DNA from: Flavobacteriales bacterium
GTDB lineage: Bacteria > Bacteroidota > Bacteroidia > Flavobacteriales > UBA1820
Length of the DNA: 64,000 bases
Assembly (NCBI GenBank): GCA_017620815.1
Contig: JAGAUI010000012.1
Location: 856-64,855 of the forward strand
Direction: 5' to 3'
Under the pieces are notes generated by a model. That model had not been told where the DNA came from. It ran no database searches and saw nothing but the letters and a program-made list of their open reading frames with translations. How positions within the stretch are numbered: position 1 is the stretch's first letter; the number at the start of each line of letters is the position of its first letter. Positions 54,092 to 63,799 of this stretch are shown piece after piece. A program made the translations under genes and the position numbers.

Positions 54092-55342
54092 CTATGTTTT
54101 ATGTGTTAAACTTTCTTTTAATACCTTGAGAAAGGTGCTGGCAGGAGCTACTATTCCATAGTCTGAATATGTAAATATAGCCGCATGAGGGTCTGTATTT
54201 ACAGCTATGACCACTCCAGAGTGCATCATCCCACCTATGTGTTGCAATGCCCCGCTTATACCTAATGCCAGATATACCTGAGGGGCTACGCGTGTACCTG
54301 TCTGACCTATGTGTTGGTAGTAGGGGCGTGTTCCGCTGTGGAACACAGGACGAGTGCAGCCTACGGCAGCATTTATATCGGCAGCTATATCATCTATCAT
54401 CTTCCAGTCATCGGCTGTACAACCCATTCCTCCGCTTATGATGATAGAGGCGTCCTTTATGTCGTTGTGAGCAGGAAGGGTTTCTATTCTACCTGTATGG
54501 GGATATGGTATTGGTTGGGGGGATATGCTACTAGACATACTAGCCTCTACCCTTCCAGAAAATAAAGTAACGCTGTCCTCTCTCTGCCTTGAAGAGCTAA
54601 AATCATTACCTCCAATAATGTCTATGATAACGTCCATCTCATCCAATGATAACATCTTAACTTTGGGACGAGGACTAGCAGGGTGATAGTCGCTATATGT
54701 AGTATGAGGTTGTGGATTTGCAGAAGATGTTATAGTGTTTATAGGCATACGCATAGACATCATCATATCCCGCATAGATGGTATTTTTACGCTTTCGGCA
54801 GGAAAGATGGATTTATCACAGGATAGTATAACGGGTGTATGTATATCATCATGATGCTCTATAAAATCACTATGAGAACACGTTATATGGATATGGCCTT
54901 TGCTATCTTTTTCTATGTGTGATACATCTTTTATAATAGGTACACCCAATAATTGTGATAGATATTCTGGCGTCTGTCCAGATGCGTAATCCCACGAAGA
55001 GTGACTACACATGATGATATCATATTCTTTTTTTTCTATGTGGGTGTATAAATGATAAGCTGTGCTGTATGCGTCTAGTGACGAAGCTTTTATGTGGGTA
55101 AGATTTTTTACTCCCATGCCCATGATGTATCTCAAGGCTTTCTCTCGTGGACTCTCCCCTATGTGAATGACTTCTACATCGTCTGTAAGGGTCATAGCAC
55201 TAGATAGTGTCTGTTTATCCAGTGGATTTATGTCTAGGTATTCGTCCGTAACGCTTATCCCGCCGTGAGATATGTGATTCTCTACAGGGTAGTATATATC
55301 TGGTACTATGGAGACGGGGACGATAATTTTCATGACAGACAT
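54092..55342 (-). CDS. fused electron-transfer flavoprotein: EtfB/FixA-like N-terminal part + EtfA/FixB FAD-binding domain II (EtfA domain I absent)
   Basis: 416 aa. Residues 1-235 are EtfB-like (MKIIVPV..VPD, INPLDKQ, VEVIHIG, DIIMCSHSS.DYASGQTP.YL..LLGVP, IPSMRDMM). Residues 236-290 are an S/P-rich linker. Residues 291-416 are EtfA domain II (SGGMG, AAVGCTRP, HIGQTGTRVAPQVYLALGISGALQHIGGM, IAVNTDPHAAIF..SDYGIV). Confidence 0.75.
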   Translation of the reverse strand: MSVMKIIVPVSIVPDIYYPVENHISHGGISVTDEYLDINPLDKQTLSSAMTLTDDVEVIHIGESPREKALRYIMGMGVKNLTHIKASSLDAYSTAYHLYTHIEKKEYDIIMCSHSSWDYASGQTPEYLSQLLGVPIIKDVSHIEKDSKGHIHITCSHSDFIEHHDDIHTPVILSCDKSIFPAESVKIPSMRDMMMSMRMPINTITSSANPQPHTTYSDYHPASPRPKVKMLSLDEMDVIIDIIGGNDFSSSRQREDSVTLFSGRVEASMSSSISPQPIPYPHTGRIETLPAHNDIKDASIIISGGMGCTADDWKMIDDIAADINAAVGCTRPVFHSGTRPYYQHIGQTGTRVAPQVYLALGISGALQHIGGMMHSGVVIAVNTDPHAAIFTYSDYGIVAPASTFLKVLKESLTHKT

Positions 55343-55461
55343 CTATAATAGGTACAAAATTAGTTTTTTTACTCCACTGCTCCAAATATAAAAACACTAT
55401 AAGAATAAAAGACCAGATAAATAATTTTAAAAATTTATGACTTAAATCCATAGTAGTTTAT

Positions 55462-55469
55462 TAGCTTTG
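55462..55469 (+). promoter_or_regulatory. Bacteroides -7 box (TAgcTTTG) upstream of the aminotransferase gene
   Basis: Exact TAnnTTTG match, 68 nt upstream of the ATG at 55538. Confidence 0.35.
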
Positions 55470-55537
55470 CATACAGATATTGACATTGAATCATAAACAA
55501 TAAAAAATACTATCTATCAACGTAAACACCATTATTT

Positions 55538-56743
55538 ATGGAAAAAACATCAACTAAACTATCGGGACGCATAGAGCGTTTGGAACCATCTGCTACACTG
55601 GCTATGAGTGCCAAAGTACGTGAACTTAAAGCACAAGGCGTGGACGTTATCTCTCTATCATTGGGAGAGACAGACTTCTTTACCCCAGACGTAGTAAAAG
55701 ATGCTGCCAAAAAAGCCATAGATGATAACTATAGCTTCTACTCTCCTGTGGCTGGTTATCCAGAACTTAAAAAAGCTGTATGCCACAAGTTCAAACGCGA
55801 CAATAACCTCACTTATGAGCCATCACAGGTAGTGGTGTCTACTGGTGCCAAAAACTCTATCTACAACGTGATGCAAGTCCTAGTGGACAAGGGCGACGAA
55901 GTCCTAGTACCTGCTCCATACTGGGTGAGCTATATTGAAATCGTTAAGCTAGCCGAAGGTACTCCTGTGGTAATGCCTACCGATATCTCTACCAACTATA
56001 AAATCACTCCTGAACAGCTAGAAGCAGCTATCACTCCTCGTACCAAAGCTATCATCTATTCTTCACCATCCAACCCTACTGGTGCTGTATATACTCGTGA
56101 AGAACTTAAAGCTCTTGCCGAAGTACTAGCCAAACACCCTAATGTTTACATCATATCTGACGAGATATATGAACACATAAACTTCACTCCAGAAGGTCAT
56201 ACATCTATCGCCGAATTCCCAGAGGTTTACAACCAGACTATCGTTATCAATGGTCTTGCCAAAGCATATGCTATGACAGGTTGGCGTATAGGTTTCATAG
56301 GTGCTCCTGCATGGATAGCCAAGGCTTGTGATAATTTCCAAGGTCAGGTAACATCTGGTACCAATTCTGTAGCACAGATAGCTGCCGTAACAGCCCTTTT
56401 GGCAGACCCAGAGGAAGTGGTTAAACCTATGGTTGAAGTATTTGCTCGTCGTCGTGAGCTAGTACTTAAAGGTCTTGCAGAAATACCTGGATTTAAGACA
56501 GATATACCTTATGGTGCATTCTATGCTTTCCCAGATATTTCTGAATATAAAGGAAAGACATTGCGTGGTCATAAGATTAACACATCAGATGACCTATGTA
56601 TGTACCTACTGGCCGAAGCTCACGTAGGTCTTGTAGCTGGTTCTTCCTTTGGTAACGATAACTGCATACGTCTATCATATGCCGCTAGCGAAGAAGTGCT
56701 TTCTGAAGCTATACGCCGTATAAAAGAAGCTCTTACAGAATAA
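55538..56743 (+). CDS. class I PLP-dependent aspartate aminotransferase
   Basis: 401 aa. It has ..LS.GE.DF.TP.., ..P.PYW.SY.., ..NPSNPTG.VY.. and the PLP-lysine context ING.AKAYAMTGWR.G. Confidence 0.92.
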   Translation: MEKTSTKLSGRIERLEPSATLAMSAKVRELKAQGVDVISLSLGETDFFTPDVVKDAAKKAIDDNYSFYSPVAGYPELKKAVCHKFKRDNNLTYEPSQVVVSTGAKNSIYNVMQVLVDKGDEVLVPAPYWVSYIEIVKLAEGTPVVMPTDISTNYKITPEQLEAAITPRTKAIIYSSPSNPTGAVYTREELKALAEVLAKHPNVYIISDEIYEHINFTPEGHTSIAEFPEVYNQTIVINGLAKAYAMTGWRIGFIGAPAWIAKACDNFQGQVTSGTNSVAQIAAVTALLADPEEVVKPMVEVFARRRELVLKGLAEIPGFKTDIPYGAFYAFPDISEYKGKTLRGHKINTSDDLCMYLLAEAHVGLVAGSSFGNDNCIRLSYAASEEVLSEAIRRIKEALTE

Positions 56744-56775
56744 AAAATAAACAGATGCCCTAGGCGGGCAGTGCG

Positions 56776-56809
56776 GGCACGCATCGCTATGGCGATGCGT
56801 GCCTTTTTT
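56776..56809 (+). terminator. intrinsic terminator
   Basis: ggcacgcatcgc-tatg-gcgatgcgtgcc has a 12-bp perfect stem followed by TTTTTT. Confidence 0.85.
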
Positions 56810-56923
56810 ATGCCGTTATGGCATATGACCTAGTGCAGAATGATAGATTTTGGGCGGGGTTTATTATTTTTTGTGCAAAAAGATGGTCATAAAATCTATA
56901 AAAACATAAATAACAGCCTAAAT

Positions 56924-56955
56924 TTTGGCTAAATGGTATGTAATTAGTACTTTTG
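56924..56955 (+). promoter_or_regulatory. complete Bacteroides-type promoter (TTTG-N20-TActTTTG) for nfnA-nfnB-PFOR
   Basis: The -33 TTTG is at 56924-27 and the -7 TActTTTG is at 56948-55. The nfnA ATG is 32 nt downstream. Confidence 0.55.
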
Positions 56956-56987
56956 TGAGCTAAAACTATACATATAGTATCGACATT

Positions 56988-57851
56988 ATGTACAAAATAT
57001 CAGAACATAAACTATTGGCTCCATGCATATATGGAATGAAAGTATATGCACCACGAGTAGCTCGTGCTGCTCAGCCGGGGCAATTTGTCATAGTACGCGT
57101 AGGAGAAAACGGCGAACGTATTCCTCTTACTATATGTGATTATGATAGAGAAGCGGGAACTATTACACTCGTTGTCCAGATAATAGGTGCATCATCACGC
57201 AAGATATGTGCTCTTAAAGACGGAGATAGCTTTACAGACTTTGTAGGGCCACTGGGTCACCCTTCAGAATTCATATATGAGAGTGAGGAAAAATTGCGTT
57301 CAACGTCTCGTCTTTTTGTAGCTGGTGGTGTAGGTGCTGCCCCTGTTTATCCACAGGTTAAATGGTTACAAGAGCGTGGTATCCAGACAGATGTTATCAT
57401 AGGAGGTAAGACAAAAGATTATATCCTACTAGCTAGTGAGATGCGTAAATTGGGAGCTCGTGTGCATATAGCTACCGATGACGGCAGCGAAGGTTTTAAT
57501 GGGCTTGTAACAGGACTTCTAGAAAAACTAGTAGAAGAAGGACATCATTTTGACCAAGTGATAGCCATAGGGCCTATGATAATGATGAAGTTTGTGGCTC
57601 TTACGACCAAAAAATACGGCATACCTACCATCGCTTCGCTTAACTCTCTCATGGTGGACGGTACAGGTATGTGTGGTGCTTGTCGTGTAACGGTAGGCGG
57701 ACAGACTCGCTTTACGTGTGTAGATGGTCCAGAATTTGATGCACATCAGGTGGATTTTGACGGGGCTATGCGTCGTAGTGCCATGTACCGCGAGATGGAG
57801 AAGAAGAAAGACTGTCAGTGTATGGAAAAATTATCTCAAGAATCAAAATAA
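56988..57851 (+). CDS. nfnA: NfnA-type FAD/NAD-binding, [2Fe-2S] subunit (sulfide/dihydroorotate dehydrogenase-like; ferredoxin-NADP+ reductase small subunit)
   Basis: 287 aa. It has an FNR-like fold (PGQF...R....GERIPLT) and a C-terminal Cys cluster DGTGMCGACRV....FTCVDGPEF. Confidence 0.85.
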   Translation: MYKISEHKLLAPCIYGMKVYAPRVARAAQPGQFVIVRVGENGERIPLTICDYDREAGTITLVVQIIGASSRKICALKDGDSFTDFVGPLGHPSEFIYESEEKLRSTSRLFVAGGVGAAPVYPQVKWLQERGIQTDVIIGGKTKDYILLASEMRKLGARVHIATDDGSEGFNGLVTGLLEKLVEEGHHFDQVIAIGPMIMMKFVALTTKKYGIPTIASLNSLMVDGTGMCGACRVTVGGQTRFTCVDGPEFDAHQVDFDGAMRRSAMYREMEKKKDCQCMEKLSQESK

Positions 57852-57859
57852 ATAAAGCA

Positions 57860-59254
57860 ATGGCAGTAAAAATACCTAGAGTATATCCTCAAGAACAAGA
57901 CCCAAAGGTACGTTCTACCAATTTTGAGGAAGTGTGCTATGGCTTCACCAGCGAAGAAGCCATATTGGAAGCATCACGCTGTCTGGACTGTAAAAATCCA
58001 CGTTGCGTGCAGGCTTGCCCTGTAAACGTGCAGATACCAGCTTTCATCCGCGAACTTAAAAAAGGCGATGTAGAGGCTGCAGCTGCTGTCATAGCTCGTG
58101 ATAGTGCACTACCAGCCATATGTGGTCGTGTGTGTCCACAGGAAACACAGTGCGAAGGTTCATGTGTGCTGGGAATAAAAGGAGAAGCGGTATCCATAGG
58201 TAAGCTGGAACGCTATACAGCCGATACTATGAGAGCCATGGGTAAAAAAGTAAAAGTAGAAGTTCAACCTTCAAATGGTCATAAAGTAGCAGTTATAGGT
58301 AGTGGTCCTGCTGGTCTTGCATGTGCGGGAGAGTTGGCAACCAGAGGCTATACTGTAAAGATATTTGAGGCTTTACATACAGCGGGAGGAGTGCTTTCTT
58401 ATGGTATTCCAGAATTCCGTCTGCCAAAAGAAAAAGTGGTAGTAGCCGAAATCCAGAATGTAAAAGACCTTGGTGTAGAGATAGAGACCAATGTAATAGT
58501 GGGACGTACGGTAACTATAGACTCACTGATGGAAGAAGATGGCTATGAGGCTGTATTTGTAGGTAGTGGTGCCGGTCTTCCAAACTTTATGGGTATAGAG
58601 GGTGAAAACCTCAACGGAGTGGTAAGTGCCAACGAATTCCTTACCCGTGCCAACCTCATGCACGCATACCAGAGCGATGCCGATACTCCTATATATGTGG
58701 GACATCGTGTGGTAGTAGTAGGTGGTGGTAACGTGGCTATGGACGCTGCTCGTACAGCCAAACGTCTAGGTGCCGATGTTACGGTTGTTTATCGCCGTAC
58801 AGAAAAAGAACTGCCTGCACGTGTGGAAGAAGTACATCACGCTATGGAAGAAGGTATAAACTTCTCTTTCCTTACCAATCCTACTGCTATACATGGCGAT
58901 GAAAAAGGATTTGTTACATCTATCACATGTGTGAAGATGGAACTGGGAGAACCAGACGAGGGAGGTCGTCGTCGTCCTATGGTTATAGAAGGTTCACAGC
59001 ACGATATAGATGCCGATGTGGTCATCATGTCGCTAGGTACTAGTCCAAATCCTCTTATCAAGATGACTACTCCGGGGCTGGAAACAGGTCGTCGTGGAAC
59101 ACTCACTGCCACAGCCGATGGTGCTACAACTCGTGAAGGAGTATTTGCAGGGGGTGATGCAGTAACAGGTGCTGCCACCGTAATTCTAGCTATGGGAGCA
59201 GGTCGTCGTGCCGCTGCTGCCATAGATGCTTACATACAGGAAAAAAATAAATAA
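57860..59254 (+). CDS. nfnB: NfnB-type NADPH-dependent glutamate-synthase-beta-like subunit (2x[4Fe-4S], FAD)
   Basis: I chose the ATG at 57860 (MAVKIPR...) over the track start at 57818, which overlaps nfnA. It has Cys motifs C..C.NP.C...CPV and CGRVCP....CE..C, and dinucleotide folds VAVIGSGPAGLA and VVVVGGGNVAMD. Confidence 0.88.
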   Translation: MAVKIPRVYPQEQDPKVRSTNFEEVCYGFTSEEAILEASRCLDCKNPRCVQACPVNVQIPAFIRELKKGDVEAAAAVIARDSALPAICGRVCPQETQCEGSCVLGIKGEAVSIGKLERYTADTMRAMGKKVKVEVQPSNGHKVAVIGSGPAGLACAGELATRGYTVKIFEALHTAGGVLSYGIPEFRLPKEKVVVAEIQNVKDLGVEIETNVIVGRTVTIDSLMEEDGYEAVFVGSGAGLPNFMGIEGENLNGVVSANEFLTRANLMHAYQSDADTPIYVGHRVVVVGGGNVAMDAARTAKRLGADVTVVYRRTEKELPARVEEVHHAMEEGINFSFLTNPTAIHGDEKGFVTSITCVKMELGEPDEGGRRRPMVIEGSQHDIDADVVIMSLGTSPNPLIKMTTPGLETGRRGTLTATADGATTREGVFAGGDAVTGAATVILAMGAGRRAAAAIDAYIQEKNK

Positions 59255-59277
59255 ACATAAATACATTCAAGAAAACA

Positions 59278-62200
59278 ATGGCAAAAGAAAAGAAATTCAT
59301 TACATGTGACGGTAACTATGCCGCAGCACATGTTTCTTACCTGTTTTCAGAACTAGCAGCTATCTACCCTATCACACCATCTTCCACTATGGCAGAATTG
59401 GTGGATGAATGGGCGTCTGCTGGTAAGAAAAACTTCTGGGGAGAAAAAGTAAAAGTCGTGGAAATGCAGTCTGAAGGTGGTGCAGCTGGTGCTGTACACG
59501 GTTCTTTGCAGGCGGGTGTGCTTACTAGCACATATACAGCTTCACAGGGACTTCTACTTATGATTCCAAATATGTATAAGATAGCAGGTGAATTGCTTCC
59601 TGCTGTATTCCACGTTTCTGCTCGTGCACTAGCTACTTCATCACTTTCTATATTTGGTGACCATGGTGACGTTATGGCTACACGTCAGACTGGTTTTGCT
59701 CTTCTAGCATCTGCTGGTGTACAGGAGGCTATGGACCTAGCTGGTGTTGCACATCTTTCTACTCTTAAAGGACGTGTGCCATTTGTACACTTCTTTGATG
59801 GTTTCCGTACTTCTCACGAGATACAGAAGATAGAAGAGATAGATGCCGATGCTCTTAAAGCTCTTATAGATGAAAAATCATTGGCAGAATTCCGTGCACG
59901 TGCCCTTAACCCTAACGCTCCTGTTACTCGTGGTACAGCACAGAACCAAGACGTACACTTCCAGTCTGTAGAATCTGCCAATAGATACTATGATGCTCTT
60001 CCAGATATAGTTCAGGAATATATGGAAAAAGTATCTGCTGTATGTGGCCGTAAGTACAACCTATTTGACTACTATGGTGCTCCAGACGCCGAAAACGTAG
60101 TTATAGCTATGGGTAGTGCTACACAGACTATACGTCAGACAGTGGATTACCTTAACGCTCAGGGTAAAAAAGTGGGTGTTGTTGTGGTACGCCTATTCCG
60201 TCCATTCAGTGCCAAACACTTCCTTTCTGTCCTTCCAGAAACAGTTAAACGCATAGCTGTCCTAGACCGCACAAAAGAAACAGGTAGTGCAGGTGAACCT
60301 CTATACCAAGACGTACGTACCGTACTATATGAAAAAGGTTCAGATATACAGGTAGTAGGTGGTCGTTACGGTCTTTCTTCCAAAGACGTTACCCCAGCTC
60401 ATATCATGTCTGTATATGAAAACCTAGAACTTCCAGAACCTAAAAACAACTTCACAATAGGTATCGTGGATGACGTTACTTTCCTTTCACTTCCTATGAA
60501 AGAAGAGATAGCTCTGGCCGATGCTACTACATTTGAAGCTAAATTCTATGGTCTAGGAGCCGATGGTACTGTGGGTGCCAATAAAAACACTATCAAAATC
60601 ATAGGTGAATCTACCGATAAATACTGTCAGGCTTATTTTGCTTATGACTCCAAAAAATCTGGTGGTTTCACATGTTCTCACTTGCGTTTTGGTGATAAGC
60701 CTATAGATACTCCTTATCTAGTAACTACTCCAAATTTTGTAGCATGTCACGTTACTCCATATCTTACCAAATATGATATGTTGCGTGGTATAAAGGACGG
60801 TGGTACATTCCTTCTTAACAGCCTTTACAACGAGGAAGAAACCAAAGCCCTTCTTCCAGATAGCGTTAAGAGCATACTTGCCAAAAAACACATTAATTTC
60901 TATATCATCAACGCTACCAAGATAGCACGCGAGATAGGTCTTGGTGGACGTACAAATACTATCCTTCAGTCTGCATTCTTTAAAATAGCCGATGTTATCC
61001 CTTATGAAAAAGCCGTAGAAGAGATGAAACATTTCATCGAGAAGAGCTATGGTAAAAAAGGTGCCGATATCGTTGAGAAAAACTATGCAGCTGTTGACCG
61101 TGGTGGCGAATACATCAAGGTAGAAGTTCCAGCCGAATGGGCAGAGATAGAAGCTACATTTGTACCAGAGACACCAGAACGTCCTACTCCTACAGATTTT
61201 GTTACAACTATATGTGACCCTGTAAACGCACAGATGGGTGATGACCTACCTGTAAGCGTATTCAAAGGATATGAAGACGGTACTCTTCCTGCTGGTACTG
61301 CTGCTTATGAAAAACGCGGTATCGCTGTAACTGTTCCTAAATGGAATGCTTCTACATGTATCCAGTGTAACCAGTGTGCATATGTATGTCCTCACGCTGC
61401 TATACGCCCATTCCTTCTTACAGAAGAAGAAGCTGCTGCTCTTCCAGAAGGTGTAGAAACCAAACAAGGTGTTGCAGCTCTTAAAGCATACAAGTTCCGC
61501 ATACAGGTATCTCCACTAGACTGTACAGGTTGTAACAACTGTGTAGCCGTATGTCCTAGCAAGGAGAAATCATTGGTTATGGCTCCTCTTGCCGATATGA
61601 TGGGTGAACAGAGTCTATTTGAACATCTACATGCCAATGTAGGTTATAAAGAAGTGGTAGATAAAGCACAGAACGTTAAAAACAGCCAGTTCTCTCAGCC
61701 ATTGTTTGAGTATTCTGGTGCTTGTGCGGGATGTGGAGAAACTCCATATGTTAAACTTGTGAGCCAGCTATTTGGTGACCACACTATGGTAGCCAATGCT
61801 ACTGGTTGTTCTTCTATCTATTCTGGTTCATTCCCTGCATCTCCTTACACTACCAACGCCAAAGGTCAGGGACCTGCTTGGGCAAACTCACTATTTGAGG
61901 ATAATGCCGAATTTGGTCTAGGTATGCGTCTAGGTAGCGAACGTATGCGTAGTCGTCTAGTGGAACTTATGAACCGTGCTATAGCAAGTGATGAGTGCCC
62001 AGAAGAGATGAAAGCTACATTTGCAGAATGGATAGAAAAACGCAACGATGTTAAAGAAGCAGAACGTCTAGCTGCTGTTATAGAAGAGATGTGTGGTGGT
62101 TGCGACTGTGAGATATGCCGTGAAATCATAGTTCTTAAAGGCTTCCTTACTAAACGTAGCCAGTGGATTATAGGTGGTGACGGTTGGGCTTATGACATAG

Positions 62201-62823
62201 GTTACGGTGGTCTTGACCACGTACTGGCAAGTGGCGAAAATGTAAACGTACTGGTACTGGATACCGAGGTTTACTCAAACACTGGTGGTCAGTCATCCAA
62301 ATCTACTCCTATAGGTGCGATAGCCAAATTTGCTACATCGGGTAAACGCATACGTAAGAAAGACCTAGGTATGATGGCTATTTCTTATGGTTATGTATAT
62401 GTAGCACAGGTAGCTATGGGTGCCAACAACGCTCAGTTGCTCAAGGCTATGAAAGAAGCCGAAGCATATGACGGTCCATCACTTATCATTGCTTATTCTC
62501 CATGTATCAACCACGGTATCAAGGCTGGTATGACAAACTCACAGGAGGTTGAAAAACGTGCTGTTGAGTGTGGTTACTGGCACTTGTATCGTTACAACCC
62601 AGCACTGGAAGCCGAAGGCAAAAACCCATTCACACTGGATAGTAAAGAACCTAACTGGGACGCTTTCCAAGACTTTATCCTTAACGAGGTGCGTTTCTCT
62701 TCGCTTAAAAAGGCATTCCCTGTCGAAGCCGAAGACCTATTCCGTGCCACACAGGAAAATGCTCTATGGCGTTACAAATCATACCTACGTCTATCATCAA
62801 ACGTATGGGGTGATAAAGAGTAA
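59278..62823 (+). CDS. nifJ: pyruvate:ferredoxin (flavodoxin) oxidoreductase, single-chain
   Basis: 1181 aa. The N-terminus is DGN.A.A.....SE.AAIYPITPSS. It has ferredoxin-like C.QCN.C..VCPH and C.GC..C...CP, and the TPP domain GGDGWAYDIG....D. Confidence 0.97.
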   Translation: MAKEKKFITCDGNYAAAHVSYLFSELAAIYPITPSSTMAELVDEWASAGKKNFWGEKVKVVEMQSEGGAAGAVHGSLQAGVLTSTYTASQGLLLMIPNMYKIAGELLPAVFHVSARALATSSLSIFGDHGDVMATRQTGFALLASAGVQEAMDLAGVAHLSTLKGRVPFVHFFDGFRTSHEIQKIEEIDADALKALIDEKSLAEFRARALNPNAPVTRGTAQNQDVHFQSVESANRYYDALPDIVQEYMEKVSAVCGRKYNLFDYYGAPDAENVVIAMGSATQTIRQTVDYLNAQGKKVGVVVVRLFRPFSAKHFLSVLPETVKRIAVLDRTKETGSAGEPLYQDVRTVLYEKGSDIQVVGGRYGLSSKDVTPAHIMSVYENLELPEPKNNFTIGIVDDVTFLSLPMKEEIALADATTFEAKFYGLGADGTVGANKNTIKIIGESTDKYCQAYFAYDSKKSGGFTCSHLRFGDKPIDTPYLVTTPNFVACHVTPYLTKYDMLRGIKDGGTFLLNSLYNEEETKALLPDSVKSILAKKHINFYIINATKIAREIGLGGRTNTILQSAFFKIADVIPYEKAVEEMKHFIEKSYGKKGADIVEKNYAAVDRGGEYIKVEVPAEWAEIEATFVPETPERPTPTDFVTTICDPVNAQMGDDLPVSVFKGYEDGTLPAGTAAYEKRGIAVTVPKWNASTCIQCNQCAYVCPHAAIRPFLLTEEEAAALPEGVETKQGVAALKAYKFRIQVSPLDCTGCNNCVAVCPSKEKSLVMAPLADMMGEQSLFEHLHANVGYKEVVDKAQNVKNSQFSQPLFEYSGACAGCGETPYVKLVSQLFGDHTMVANATGCSSIYSGSFPASPYTTNAKGQGPAWANSLFEDNAEFGLGMRLGSERMRSRLVELMNRAIASDECPEEMKATFAEWIEKRNDVKEAERLAAVIEEMCGGCDCEICREIIVLKGFLTKRSQWIIGGDGWAYDIGYGGLDHVLASGENVNVLVLDTEVYSNTGGQSSKSTPIGAIAKFATSGKRIRKKDLGMMAISYGYVYVAQVAMGANNAQLLKAMKEAEAYDGPSLIIAYSPCINHGIKAGMTNSQEVEKRAVECGYWHLYRYNPALEAEGKNPFTLDSKEPNWDAFQDFILNEVRFSSLKKAFPVEAEDLFRATQENALWRYKSYLRLSSNVWGDKE

Positions 62824-62848
62824 ATAAAGAGATATTTACATAAAAAGA

Positions 62849-62882
62849 CGCGACCTCCCGAAACTCGGGAGGTCGCTTTTTT
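62849..62882 (+). terminator. intrinsic terminator after PFOR (twin of 63800-63834)
   Basis: gcgacctcccga-aac-tcgggaggtcgc followed by TTTTTT. Confidence 0.85.
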
Positions 62883-62918
62883 GTTAAATGGTTAAATTTA
62901 AAGTTAAAATTGTTTTTT

Positions 62919-62951
62919 TTTGCATACGGAGATTTTTAAGTTTTACATTTG
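62919..62951 (+). promoter_or_regulatory. complete Bacteroides-type promoter (TTTG-N21-TAcaTTTG)
   Basis: The -33 TTTG is at 62919-22 and the -7 TAcaTTTG is at 62944-51. The ATG at 62982 is 30 nt downstream. Confidence 0.55.
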
Positions 62952-62981
62952 TATAGTCAAACCAATAATATATTTTTGATT

Positions 62982-63776
62982 ATGAGAAAAATAACAATTG
63001 TTGCCATGGTAATGGCTGTGTGTGGAATGGTGAGCATAAGTTGTAGTAAAGATTCTGGTTATGATGGAGATTATCCTATTTATGATAATGCTATATGGAG
63101 TTATACCAATACCGCTAAACCTTGTACTATGAAGGTAGGTGATAGTAATTCTTATATCTCGTGGACTCACCTATATTCCAATCATTTTGCTCGTATATCA
63201 TTTATGAATACAGATGAAAGAAACGACGCTATAAATGGTGGTTATGTTGCGGGTTTCATATCTGGGATGTTTGATGATGGTGAAAAAATAAAGGCAGAAC
63301 GAGAGCATTGGAAGATGGATTATGATACATATGACTCTCTTATGTATGCACATAACGATGTGGATTTGCCTAAAAAAGTAAGCTTGATACGTGCTGGTAT
63401 TAGTGGTACTGGCGTAACATATACTCCCATAAAAAAGATAACCGTTACCTCGTCCAAAGACTATGACGCTGCCCACCCTGCCGGTACAGACCTTGCAGAT
63501 GTGCTGGATATATCATTTATGTCTTATGCAGAAGTATTGGCAAATGATTTTGATTATGACAAGATAAAGATAGGTAAGAAGATGGATAATGGGTTGGTGA
63601 TAAAAGAGCCACTATCCCAGTTCAACACCGAAAACAGAAAACTCCTATCGTGGATGTATGGGCTTTATGCCAGAAAACAACCGGTAGAAAAATCTGGACA
63701 CGTTATAACCGTTACTATGGAATTTGCAGATGGTAATGTGTTTACAGCCAAATCGGAAGCTTTGGATATCTTTTAG
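62982..63776 (+). CDS. hypothetical lipoprotein
   Basis: I moved the ORF-track start (a TTG at 62949) to the ATG at 62982, which gives MRKITIVAMVMAVCGMVSISC (signal peptide + lipobox). I recognise no family. Confidence 0.5.
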   Translation: MRKITIVAMVMAVCGMVSISCSKDSGYDGDYPIYDNAIWSYTNTAKPCTMKVGDSNSYISWTHLYSNHFARISFMNTDERNDAINGGYVAGFISGMFDDGEKIKAEREHWKMDYDTYDSLMYAHNDVDLPKKVSLIRAGISGTGVTYTPIKKITVTSSKDYDAAHPAGTDLADVLDISFMSYAEVLANDFDYDKIKIGKKMDNGLVIKEPLSQFNTENRKLLSWMYGLYARKQPVEKSGHVITVTMEFADGNVFTAKSEALDIF

Positions 63777-63799
63777 TAAATCACTATCGTGTAATATAA

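Noticed and set aside
57818-57859. Upstream in-frame start for nfnB given in the ORF track
   Set aside because: It would overlap the nfnA 3' end by 34 nt and add a non-conserved MYGKIISRIKINKA extension. The ATG at 57860 gives the conserved MAVKIPR... N-terminus.
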